Source of the DNA: a virus
Reading direction: 5' to 3' (one strand)
DNA: 64,000 bases
IMG/VR virus record: IMGVR_UViG_3300023210_000013
Span: 51,582-115,581 of that record
Both the position numbers and the translations under genes were made by a program. Of the stretch, positions 39,210-47,449 are shown piece after piece; the stretch's first letter is position 1, and each line of letters starts with the position of its first letter. Below the pieces are notes generated by a model. That model was not told where the DNA came from and did no database searches. It saw nothing but the letters and a program-made list of their open reading frames with translations.

Positions 39210-39494
39210 ATGAGAATACACATTAAAGAACCAAGCAGATTTGCTATGCTCAATGGAAACATTGTGCTTACACACTTTCAAGACACACACAATACTATCA
39301 TACGTAACAGTGATGGAGATATACAACGTGTTAAGAATGAAAAATTAGAAGGCTTAACTTTAGAAGAGTTAAATGAAGGCCTATTAGAGAACATATCGTT
39401 ACGTGAAGTAGCTGCAATAGAAGAATACATTGTAGTTGGTGATCATAATAATGATGATGAATCATACATGGCTTACGTCACATCTTATTCTTAA
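39210..39494 (+). CDS. Hypothetical protein
   Basis: 94 aa; AACCACTTAA leader. Confidence 0.6.
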   Translation: MRIHIKEPSRFAMLNGNIVLTHFQDTHNTIIRNSDGDIQRVKNEKLEGLTLEELNEGLLENISLREVAAIEEYIVVGDHNNDDESYMAYVTSYS

Positions 39495-39520
39495 CCAATT
39501 AATATCTTAATATACACTTT

Positions 39521-39646
39521 ATGAAAAATTTAAAAATCAAATTTGGCTACGCTGAATTCATTGGGCTTGGAATAGCTTGGCAGTATGATAGAGCAGCTAT
39601 CATAATACCTTTTCTTATGATTGAAATCATATGGAAAAAGAGATAA
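39521..39646 (+). CDS. 41-aa hydrophobic micro-protein (not in the ORF track)
   Basis: MKNLKIKFGYAEFIGLGIAWQYDRAAIIIPFLMIEIIWKKR*. Confidence 0.55.
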   Translation: MKNLKIKFGYAEFIGLGIAWQYDRAAIIIPFLMIEIIWKKR

Positions 39647-39676
39647 TAACTATCAGACTTAAAAACAAACACGCAC

Positions 39677-39822
39677 TATAGATCGTACTAACAATACCAG
39701 TACTTCTATATCTTATATAATGATCTTACTACTGTGGGATCATAAATGTTAAACATGGTGATGTATGTTTAAGTGGTGAATGGATCTTACCTGGGAATTC
39801 CTGGGTAAGGTTGCATTCTTTT
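39677..39822 (+). ncRNA. Four tandem hairpins, candidate structured RNA or leader (module 7)
   Basis: Hairpins at 39677-39710, 39720-39743, 39749-39772 and 39778-39818, then TTTT; several G-U pairs. Confidence 0.45.
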
Positions 39823-39834
39823 ATAAAAGAAATT

Positions 39835-40383
39835 ATGTCTACAACAATATCAGAACAAACCGTATACAACTTACTTGTATCTGCATTAGATAACAAGTCT
39901 ATAGATAAAAGCTTATTTGTTAAAGCAGTAATGAAAGCCTGTAATGGGTCTTCAAGAATGGAATATTTATTACATTTACTGCATAACAAAGGAAGTATAA
40001 TAACCAAACAAGGAGATTACTTTACCACAATAGCACCAAAGTATCATCAAGGTGATAAATTTAACTATGATACTTTAAAAGATCTAGGCTTATGTACTGA
40101 TGACTATGAAGTCTACGGTAAAATAGTTAATGATGAAGGTTGGGGTAATGATTATGATCCTTTTTATGGTAGAGTTAAAACCATATTATTTTACCATGAC
40201 ACAGATGGTAAGATGAAACATTATGATGAGACTATAAATACTTCAAGTTTAAATATAATTAATAAATCTCAAATATCATATTTTAAAAGTTTAACTCATG
40301 GCAAAGATCTCAAAAGAACTCCTAAGAAAAGAAATCAAGGACTGGAAAACCTTGAAGAAATTACTACACAGACAAGTAGTTAA
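39835..40383 (+). CDS. Hypothetical protein
   Basis: ATG at 39835 (MSTTISEQ) preferred over the TTG start. Confidence 0.6.
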   Translation: MSTTISEQTVYNLLVSALDNKSIDKSLFVKAVMKACNGSSRMEYLLHLLHNKGSIITKQGDYFTTIAPKYHQGDKFNYDTLKDLGLCTDDYEVYGKIVNDEGWGNDYDPFYGRVKTILFYHDTDGKMKHYDETINTSSLNIINKSQISYFKSLTHGKDLKRTPKKRNQGLENLEEITTQTSS

Positions 40384-40516
40384 CTTTGGACCTTATATGG
40401 AAAAAAAGTATAAGATGAGAGATAGCAATCTAAGCCAAGTAGAAAATAACAGAGAAGCTATCAGAATAATACTTAAAAATTATGTCCAAGAACTACAGGT
40501 TTGGAATAGTTTCTAA
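40298..40516 (+). CDS. Hypothetical protein
   Basis: 72-aa ORF in the early operon. Confidence 0.55.
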   Translation: MAKISKELLRKEIKDWKTLKKLLHRQVVNFGPYMEKKYKMRDSNLSQVENNREAIRIILKNYVQELQVWNSF

Positions 40517-40730
40517 GGAAGTTATTGAAGATCCTGAGTTAAGCCTGGGTGCTAAAGCATTATATAGTTTATTATGTACTTATGCAAATAAGCAAAGAGA
40601 GTGCTTCCCTTCCATATCAACCCTGTCAGATTATTTAAATATCTCTACCAGATACACGGATAAACTGATAAAGGAACTGAAATCCAAAGGTTATATTGCC
40701 AGAACAGGTAGAGTTCTAAAATTAAAATAA
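40482..40730 (+). CDS. Winged HTH protein (HTH_36-like)
   Basis: LSLGAKALYSLL...CFPSISTLSDYLNISTRYTDKLIKELKSKGYI. Confidence 0.8.
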   Translation: MSKNYRFGIVSKEVIEDPELSLGAKALYSLLCTYANKQRECFPSISTLSDYLNISTRYTDKLIKELKSKGYIARTGRVLKLK

Positions 40731-40844
40731 AATACATAGCTATATATATGCTGTTTATTTAGAGTACTTAACCTTATATAGGTTATAATTACTGTATCAA
40801 TACGTTTTAAATTATTACTTTTACATATATACTATGTACAAAAA

Positions 40845-41123
40845 ATGATTTACCAATTACCAAATGGACGTATAATAGAACTATCAGTGGAGCAATTCCT
40901 AGATCTAAATGATACAGAACTTAAAGACCTTAATGGTTTAAGTACTGCATACAGTCATGAGTGTGGTAATCCTTTCTATAACTTATTTTGTAAAACAACA
41001 GATGACAAAGAAATCACTATGGTTGAAACTCTTCTAGAAGATGAAGAATTCTCCCATGATTTATTTGATGTTGATGTACAAGAAAAGCTAGATGATGATT
41101 ACTTTCACAGAGATGACACATAA
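40845..41123 (+). CDS. Acidic hypothetical protein
   Basis: MIYQLPNGRII...; acidic C-terminus. Confidence 0.6.
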   Translation: MIYQLPNGRIIELSVEQFLDLNDTELKDLNGLSTAYSHECGNPFYNLFCKTTDDKEITMVETLLEDEEFSHDLFDVDVQEKLDDDYFHRDDT

Positions 41124-41159
41124 TATCATATAAATCTAATTTTTTAAAACCAAAGAAAA

Positions 41160-41777
41160 ATGCAAAACAAAGTTCAAATTGTCCCTGATGAGTTAGGGAA
41201 CGTAATCTGTATGTCTAATAATCCTGAGTTTGGATATGTAAGACTATCACAAGACAGCCATAAAGTAACAAATGGTTTTGTTAAGAAAATACCACTTAGT
41301 ACACTGTTACACGGTGAGTTAGAAAGCTTACGTAGCATGGATGTTCAAAACAAAACTGAATTATCTGGTAAAATTATTGTTAAAGAACAGCTTACACCAT
41401 TTAGTACAGAAAACTCTGATAGAGATTATAAAATAGCAGGTAACACTGGTATTATTTGTTGTGTACATGGTGAACCTATTTATAGGAAAACATTCTTTAC
41501 TGAAGATGTAACAGCTGAAAACATATTACTTGACCATACTAATGGTGATGCAATACGTTCAGCTAATAATGCACCTGTTGATGCTAAAATGCTTAAGATA
41601 AACAAATCTAAGCCAGTAGCAGTAGTAACACCAGAACAAGCATTTGATATAGAAGACAAGACTACTGATAATCAAGTAGATCTTGAAGATGCTATTGAAG
41701 AAGCTAATGACACTGAAGTAGTTGTCAATGAACAAGAAGAAGTAGAAGTCTTAGAAGAATCTACATTTGAGTTATAA
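41160..41777 (+). CDS. Hypothetical protein with acidic tail, possibly ssDNA-binding
   Basis: Beta-rich N-domain and long acidic tail ending TFEL; followed by a terminator. Confidence 0.6.
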   Translation: MQNKVQIVPDELGNVICMSNNPEFGYVRLSQDSHKVTNGFVKKIPLSTLLHGELESLRSMDVQNKTELSGKIIVKEQLTPFSTENSDRDYKIAGNTGIICCVHGEPIYRKTFFTEDVTAENILLDHTNGDAIRSANNAPVDAKMLKINKSKPVAVVTPEQAFDIEDKTTDNQVDLEDAIEEANDTEVVVNEQEEVEVLEESTFEL

Positions 41778-41798
41778 ACTTTAACTCATTAATTATTA

Positions 41799-41830
41799 AA
41801 GAGCCTCAGTAGAAATACTGGGGCTTTTTT
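41799..41830 (+). terminator. Intrinsic terminator
   Basis: AGCCTCAGT-AGAAAT-ACTGGGGCT followed by TTTTT. Confidence 0.8.
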
Positions 41831-41860
41831 ATTTACTAACCATTTTACATCCTTTCACAC

Positions 41861-42373
41861 ATGCTAACACAAGAACAAAAACAAACCTTAGAGCTTCAGA
41901 ATAATATAGCTATTCTGCAAGCAAGAGAGTCCCGCTATATGTATTTAGGCTTATTGTCTGAATATCAGTTACAACCTGAGATTATTGCTCAGAAACTTGT
42001 TTATACAAAGTTAAATCCTCAACAACATTTCTTATTTAAGAGAGTGTTACACGGTTTAAACATTTATAAACCTGAAGAACAATCCAATTTACACTGGGAT
42101 AAGAAAAGACGTGTAAAAAAAGTTTGGCAACGTGGTCAACGTGAAGTTAATGCTTGGAAACAAGTAATTTGCAATAAGTATGCAGCAAAAATCCTTGGTA
42201 ATTTTACTAAGACTGGAGCTGGTGAATACTTAAACTCAATCCCTGTGGATGAGATAGACCATGAATACATTAATACTATGTCTTTAAAAGATTTAGGAAT
42301 TAAGTATGAAGACTTGATACTATTCTATATGAATAAAGGCTTATTACCTAGAAACTTTTTATCTTTGAAATAA
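41861..42373 (+). CDS. Hypothetical protein
   Basis: 170-aa ORF. Confidence 0.6.
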   Translation: MLTQEQKQTLELQNNIAILQARESRYMYLGLLSEYQLQPEIIAQKLVYTKLNPQQHFLFKRVLHGLNIYKPEEQSNLHWDKKRRVKKVWQRGQREVNAWKQVICNKYAAKILGNFTKTGAGEYLNSIPVDEIDHEYINTMSLKDLGIKYEDLILFYMNKGLLPRNFLSLK

Positions 42374-42774
42374 TGAAGACAAAAAAGAAAATATGTAACA
42401 ATTGCAATACTGAGCAGTTCATTTGGAAAAATGATAAAGGCAGCCGGTATTGCAAAAGTTGCTGGTATAGATCAATGGAAACTAAAAAACCATTGAAAGC
42501 TAGAAAACCTTTGAATCCAAAATCAAAGAGAATGCAAACCACAGATTTAGCGTATAGTAAATTACGCAAGAAATTTATGGAACAGAAACCAATGTGTGAA
42601 GCAGCACTTCCTGTATGTAATGGGCCATCAACTGATGTTCATCACAAAAAAGGACGTGGTAAATATCACCTTAAAGTAAGTACTTGGTTATCTGTATGTA
42701 GACAGTGTCACACATGGATAGAAGAACATCCTCATGAAGCAAAAGAATTAGGATTTTCTGAATCAAGACATTAA
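42373..42774 (+). CDS. Zn-finger/HNH-type endonuclease
   Basis: CxxC..CxxC N-terminus; C...DVHHKKGR...VCRQCHTWIEEHP. Confidence 0.7.
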   Translation: MKTKKKICNNCNTEQFIWKNDKGSRYCKSCWYRSMETKKPLKARKPLNPKSKRMQTTDLAYSKLRKKFMEQKPMCEAALPVCNGPSTDVHHKKGRGKYHLKVSTWLSVCRQCHTWIEEHPHEAKELGFSESRH

Positions 42775-42790
42775 TCATAAAAAAAGCAAG

Positions 42791-42955
42791 ATGAAAGAAA
42801 AATTTATTAAAAGCCGTAAAGAATACTATGAATCAAAAGGTTTAGGTCAAGGTAAAACTGAAAGACAATATAAAACAGCAATGAAAGTTATATTGTATTC
42901 ATATTTTGTATTAATATTAGTAACATTATATCTTATATATGATACGTATTTATAA
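42791..42955 (+). CDS. 54-aa membrane micro-protein (not in the ORF track)
   Basis: MKEKFIKSRKEYYESKGLGQGKTERQYKTAMKVILYSYFVLILVTLYLIYDTYL*. Confidence 0.55.
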   Translation: MKEKFIKSRKEYYESKGLGQGKTERQYKTAMKVILYSYFVLILVTLYLIYDTYL

Positions 42956-43136
42956 AAAACAAAAACATAAAGCTGCTATATCTGATTATGTAACTAAATT
43001 ACAGTGGGACACTATCAATACTGTACTTGATGCACAGAAAACTGGTAAGTGGACTAAGAAAACAGAAGTTCATTTAAATAACAACGCAAAGCTTATAAAA
43101 AAATACCAAAGAAGATTAAGCCTTTTAAGATTTTAA
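42939..43136 (+). CDS. Basic hypothetical protein
   Basis: 65-aa ORF abutting the helicase. Confidence 0.5.
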   Translation: MIRIYKKQKHKAAISDYVTKLQWDTINTVLDAQKTGKWTKKTEVHLNNNAKLIKKYQRRLSLLRF

Positions 43137-43137
43137 A

Positions 43138-44238
43138 ATGACATACAGAGAAGTAGTACAAAAAGATGCATTAGCTATAGCTGTGCAACATAAAAGATGT
43201 GGATTAGGCGTATCAATGGGTGTAGGTAAAACAAGAATTGCTATACAACACTTACAAAGAAACTATAATCCTTTTATAAAAGCCTTGGTAGTAATACCAA
43301 AAAATGCAGTAGCACAGTCTTGGATTGATGAATTAGGTAAAATGGGAATAGAATCCTTAGTTAAACACATAACGTTTACTACATATTTATCATTAAAGAA
43401 ACATGAACCTAATGATTATGATGTTGTCTATTTAGATGAATGCCATAGCTTGTTAGACAAACATGAACTTTTCTTGTCAAAATTTACAGGAAAAATACTG
43501 GGTTTAACAGGTACACCACCAGTAAGATCAGGAACAGAAAAGTATAGAATGGTTGCAAAATATTGCCCTATTAAATATGAATTCTCTGTTGATGAAGCAA
43601 CTGAAGGTAAAATCTTAAATAACTATTCAATTGTAGTACATGAATTAACTTTATCTCAAGTTCCAAATTATAAAAAGAAGAACAAGAAGGGTGGTTTTTG
43701 GCATACAACTGAATTAAAAGATTATAACTACGTAACTCAAAGAGTAGCTGAGGCTAATACACCTAAACAAAAGCAATTTGCTTCTATTATGCGTATGAGA
43801 GCTTTGATGGACTATACTACTAAAGAAGTATATACTAAAGCACTGCTTAGTAATCTTTCAAGTAAAGCTATTGTATTTGCTAATACACAAGATCAAGCAG
43901 ATAGAATTTGTAAGCATAGTTATCATTCTAATAATCCACAATCTGATTATAACCTTGAGTTATTTTCAGATGGAAGAATAGATAAACTATCTTGTGTAGC
44001 TCAATTAAGTGAGGGTATATCAATACCTAATCTTAAACAAGGAGTTATTATGCATGCGTATGGTAATGAAAGAAAGACTGCACAAAGAATTGGTAGACTG
44101 TTAAGATTAAATCCTAATGATACAGCAATATGTCACATTCTAATGTACAAAGGTACACAAGATGAAAGATGGGTTGAGACATCATTAAAAGGTTTTGATC
44201 AAACAAAAATTAAACATTATAATCCTTTAAAACAATAA
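43138..44238 (+). CDS. Superfamily 2 helicase
   Basis: MGVGKT, DECH, GLTGT, EGISIP and QRIGRLLR motifs. Confidence 0.9.
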   Translation: MTYREVVQKDALAIAVQHKRCGLGVSMGVGKTRIAIQHLQRNYNPFIKALVVIPKNAVAQSWIDELGKMGIESLVKHITFTTYLSLKKHEPNDYDVVYLDECHSLLDKHELFLSKFTGKILGLTGTPPVRSGTEKYRMVAKYCPIKYEFSVDEATEGKILNNYSIVVHELTLSQVPNYKKKNKKGGFWHTTELKDYNYVTQRVAEANTPKQKQFASIMRMRALMDYTTKEVYTKALLSNLSSKAIVFANTQDQADRICKHSYHSNNPQSDYNLELFSDGRIDKLSCVAQLSEGISIPNLKQGVIMHAYGNERKTAQRIGRLLRLNPNDTAICHILMYKGTQDERWVETSLKGFDQTKIKHYNPLKQ

Positions 44239-44240
44239 TC

Positions 44241-44471
44241 ATGGGAAAAATGAAAGAAGTTCTTATGGACATGATCCAGAAAGAGTATGGTTCTTATGAA
44301 AATTATCAAAGAACTTTAAATGAAGATGCCGCTACACAGTGGGTACATAAAGATACACCTTGTCCTAATTGTAATAGACAAACTTTAATGCAAAATGAAA
44401 ATTTAGCAATTAATTGTGATGCATGTGGTCAAAGTTATATTGAAGTTGATAACGCTTTAAGATTTAAATAA
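44241..44471 (+). CDS. Zn-ribbon protein
   Basis: CPNC...CDAC. Confidence 0.6.
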   Translation: MGKMKEVLMDMIQKEYGSYENYQRTLNEDAATQWVHKDTPCPNCNRQTLMQNENLAINCDACGQSYIEVDNALRFK

Positions 44472-44472
44472 T

Positions 44473-44727
44473 ATGGAACATATAGATACAATAGACGGAT
44501 TAGAAGTAGAAGTAGAATATCTTTATGATGAAGGAGAACCAACAGTTTGGACAGAATCAAACGGTGATCCAGGAACACCAGGTTATCCACCAAGTGTAGA
44601 AATATTAGCAGTATTCACTATCTTAAAAGATAAAAATAACAAAGAGCTTAGAGTTGATATATTACCAATATGGGATTATGATTTAGAATCTTTAGAAGAA
44701 GAAATACTAGAAAAAAACTACAGATGA
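44473..44727 (+). CDS. Acidic hypothetical protein
   Basis: 84 aa with GDPGTPGYPPSVEI. Confidence 0.55.
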   Translation: MEHIDTIDGLEVEVEYLYDEGEPTVWTESNGDPGTPGYPPSVEILAVFTILKDKNNKELRVDILPIWDYDLESLEEEILEKNYR

Positions 44728-45107
44728 AAAACAATATATCATTAAATGCTATAATAAAGGGTGGTCAAATTGATTACCCTTTAAATGCAGATAAGAAAAG
44801 ATTGCTTAATTTTTTAGCTAATACAACTGAAGGAGCTAATGTAGAAATATTCATTAGTGTTAATGACGGAAAAGGTACCAATGCTCAACTTGCAAGAATA
44901 CACGCTATGTGTAGAGAACTTGCAAATGAAATAGGTTATACTTTTGAAGAAATGAAACTTCAGATAAAAAGAAAAGCAGGACTCTGTTTTATGAAAAATA
45001 ATACAGAATACTGCAAGTCTTTTGCTAAATGTGATAAAGAAGAGCTAAATCTTGCTATACAAGCTTGTATTGAAGCTGGAGATTTTAGCAATATGAACTT
45101 AAGATGA
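44724..45107 (+). CDS. NinB/Orf-like recombination accessory protein
   Basis: TNAQLARIHAMCRELANEIGYTFEEMK...SFAKCDKEEL pattern. Confidence 0.55.
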   Translation: MKNNISLNAIIKGGQIDYPLNADKKRLLNFLANTTEGANVEIFISVNDGKGTNAQLARIHAMCRELANEIGYTFEEMKLQIKRKAGLCFMKNNTEYCKSFAKCDKEELNLAIQACIEAGDFSNMNLR

Positions 45108-45503
45108 TTTCTTTGGTTCTTTAGTTAATTTTAAAAGAATATCTATTGCATCCTTATCTAAATTAGTACTCTTAAGTGAATCAGTCATTTCTTGTTCAGT
45201 TATCATACGGCCATCATCTATAATAAGATTTTGTTCTTTTGCTTTAGCTTTAAAAAGTTGTTGCAATGAAAACAAAGTATAGATTTGTTGCTCATAGTCT
45301 TCTAAGATTATACTTTTATCTTGATTTACAACAATCTTTTCAAATTTTGCAAATGTATCTTTTAAAGTTGATGGGTCAGGAACTACACTAGTAAAGTAAT
45401 TTAGTAGTATTAAATCTAAACCTGCTATATAATTTGTATGTACTTCAATACCTGTAATATTCTTACTGGTATCATATTGTGGTGCTAATTTGTAATCAGA
45501 CAT
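45099..45503 (-). CDS. Hypothetical protein, the only minus-strand gene in the replication arm
   Basis: ATG 45503 (MSDYKL); TACATTTG promoter octamer at 45519-45526; divergent from the UDG gene. Confidence 0.6.
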   Translation of the reverse strand: MSDYKLAPQYDTSKNITGIEVHTNYIAGLDLILLNYFTSVVPDPSTLKDTFAKFEKIVVNQDKSIILEDYEQQIYTLFSLQQLFKAKAKEQNLIIDDGRMITEQEMTDSLKSTNLDKDAIDILLKLTKEPKKSS

Positions 45504-45533
45504 AATAAATATTTTTAACAAATGTAATCATTT

Positions 45534-46235
45534 ATGGAAAAAAAAACAATAAATATATTAGAAAAGAAAAAAGTAATAAAAGAACAGTTAGAAAATTCAG
45601 GTTGGGAAAAATTGTTGTATCCATTTATTGATTCTATTGGCTTTGAACACATTTTAACTAAATTGTTAGATGAAGTAAATAGCAACAGAAGATTTACACC
45701 AGGCATATTAGATTGGTTTAAACCTTTTATAGAATGTAAAAAAGAAGATTTAAAAGTAATAATGATTAATCAAGGTCCATCACCTCAAATAGGTGAGGCT
45801 GATGGTTTAGCATTTAGTTCAGGAAAAACAAGAGTACCTGACTATATACTTAATTACATTTTAGATTATCAAGAAGACAATAACATTATAGAAAGAAGAA
45901 TCACTGATTTAACAGTGTGGGCAAACCAAGGTGTATTATTACTAAATTCAACTATTACAACTGAAATTAATAGAGTTGGATCTCATTACATGATATGGCA
46001 TTCATTTATAACATATTTGTTATATGAATTAAATAAAGATAAATGTAATTACTATGTTGTTATGTTTGGTAAAAAAACCTTTGAATGGGAAGTTTACCTA
46101 TCTAATCATACATCAATCAAGCTTAAACACCCGTCATCTGCTTTGTATAAAAACAAAAAGTGGGACGGTGAAAATGTGTTTAATAAAATTAATTTGCATC
46201 TAAAAAATCAAGGAAAAAGCTTGATAAAATGGTAG
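45534..46235 (+). CDS. ung: Family-1 uracil-DNA glycosylase homolog with atypical active site
   Basis: GLAFS, WANQGVLLLN and HPS are retained; GQDPY is replaced by NQGPS. Confidence 0.8.
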   Translation: MEKKTINILEKKKVIKEQLENSGWEKLLYPFIDSIGFEHILTKLLDEVNSNRRFTPGILDWFKPFIECKKEDLKVIMINQGPSPQIGEADGLAFSSGKTRVPDYILNYILDYQEDNNIIERRITDLTVWANQGVLLLNSTITTEINRVGSHYMIWHSFITYLLYELNKDKCNYYVVMFGKKTFEWEVYLSNHTSIKLKHPSSALYKNKKWDGENVFNKINLHLKNQGKSLIKW

Positions 46236-46271
46236 CAATTTCATAAATTTGTAAACAGTAAAATAAACCAA

Positions 46272-46760
46272 ATGCTTAACAATCAACTAATTAACCTAGA
46301 CTTAGAAATAGCTCAATTTAAAAAAACACTACTTGATAAATATGGTGTAGATGTTTATATATATGAGAAATTAAGAAGTTCTGGTTATATGAGACCCACA
46401 GTTTCTCAAATAGAAAAAGCTTGTGTTCAAGTAATGCATGAAATGTATCCTGATTATATAAACTACACAAACCTCAGCGTTCTTTTACGTAAAAGAGAAA
46501 TTGTAATGTTTAGAAAAATCTATTGTTATTTAGGTTATCATGCTAAATATACATGTGATCATGTTGGAAAACATGTTAATAGAGATCATTCTAGTGTTAT
46601 ACATGGTAAAAATAGTGTTGAAGACATGCTTCACATAAAAGATAAAGATTATGTGAAAGCAATGCAAAAAGTTACAAAAATAATACAAAAATATGTGGGA
46701 ACTACTCCAAAAAATCATAGCGGAACGCTTAACACCCAATCAGTGCCTACTTCTATATAG
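46272..46760 (+). CDS. DnaA domain IV (C-terminal HTH)-like protein
   Basis: RKREIVMFRKIYCYL...VGKHVNRDHSSVIHG matches the DnaA_C signature RDHxTV. Confidence 0.75.
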   Translation: MLNNQLINLDLEIAQFKKTLLDKYGVDVYIYEKLRSSGYMRPTVSQIEKACVQVMHEMYPDYINYTNLSVLLRKREIVMFRKIYCYLGYHAKYTCDHVGKHVNRDHSSVIHGKNSVEDMLHIKDKDYVKAMQKVTKIIQKYVGTTPKNHSGTLNTQSVPTSI

Positions 46761-47289
46761 TCTTAAAGAAAAGACTCAGGTTAAATTACCTAACCTACCA
46801 GAAGATTTACAAGCATTACTTGAAGAAGGATTTATAACTAAAGAGTTAGATAATCCATATATAATAACAACTAAAGGTAAAACCTTTATTACAAAGTATG
46901 ATAATTACTTTATAAAAGCCAAGAAGAAAACTAACATCCAATTAATGGGGAAAGAGTTTTTAACACATATTGAAGCTTATAGAACAGTATTTCCTGCAGG
47001 TAAATTACCACATGGTAAACCAGCAAGACAAAATGTAAAAGCTTTGGCTGAATCATTTAGGTGGTTTTTTGAAACTTATGAGTATGATTGGCAATTAGTT
47101 ATGAAAGCTACTAAAATGTATGTTAATGAATATAGAGCAACAGACTATTTATATATGTCAACAAGTCAATACTTTATTTGTAAGCAAGATAAGCACAGAG
47201 TAAAAACCTCAGCTTTATCAGATTACTGTGACATGATTAAAGATGGAGTTCAAACAGAAATACACACATTTAAAGAAAAAGTAGTATAA
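46693..47289 (+). CDS. Hypothetical replication protein (N-terminal winged helix)
   Basis: LQALLEEGFI...ITTKGK winged-helix pattern; upstream of the helicase. Confidence 0.55.
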   Translation: MWELLQKIIAERLTPNQCLLLYSLKEKTQVKLPNLPEDLQALLEEGFITKELDNPYIITTKGKTFITKYDNYFIKAKKKTNIQLMGKEFLTHIEAYRTVFPAGKLPHGKPARQNVKALAESFRWFFETYEYDWQLVMKATKMYVNEYRATDYLYMSTSQYFICKQDKHRVKTSALSDYCDMIKDGVQTEIHTFKEKVV

Positions 47290-47290
47290 C

Positions 47291-47449
47291 ATGGCACCAA
47301 ATAAAATAACAGAAGTATTAAATAAGTTAAACCTTGTACTTGAAGATTTTCAAATGCTAAGAGATGGAACATGGGTTCCAGATAAACAGTCATGTAATGA
47401 CAGCATTGATAATATAGAAAGTATTATATACACAATAGAAAATGAGTAA
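47291..47449 (+). CDS. 52-aa protein (not in the ORF track)
   Basis: MAPNKITEVLNKLNLVLEDFQMLRDGTWVPDKQSCNDSIDNIESIIYTIENE*; fills the gap and overlaps the helicase start. Confidence 0.6.
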   Translation: MAPNKITEVLNKLNLVLEDFQMLRDGTWVPDKQSCNDSIDNIESIIYTIENE

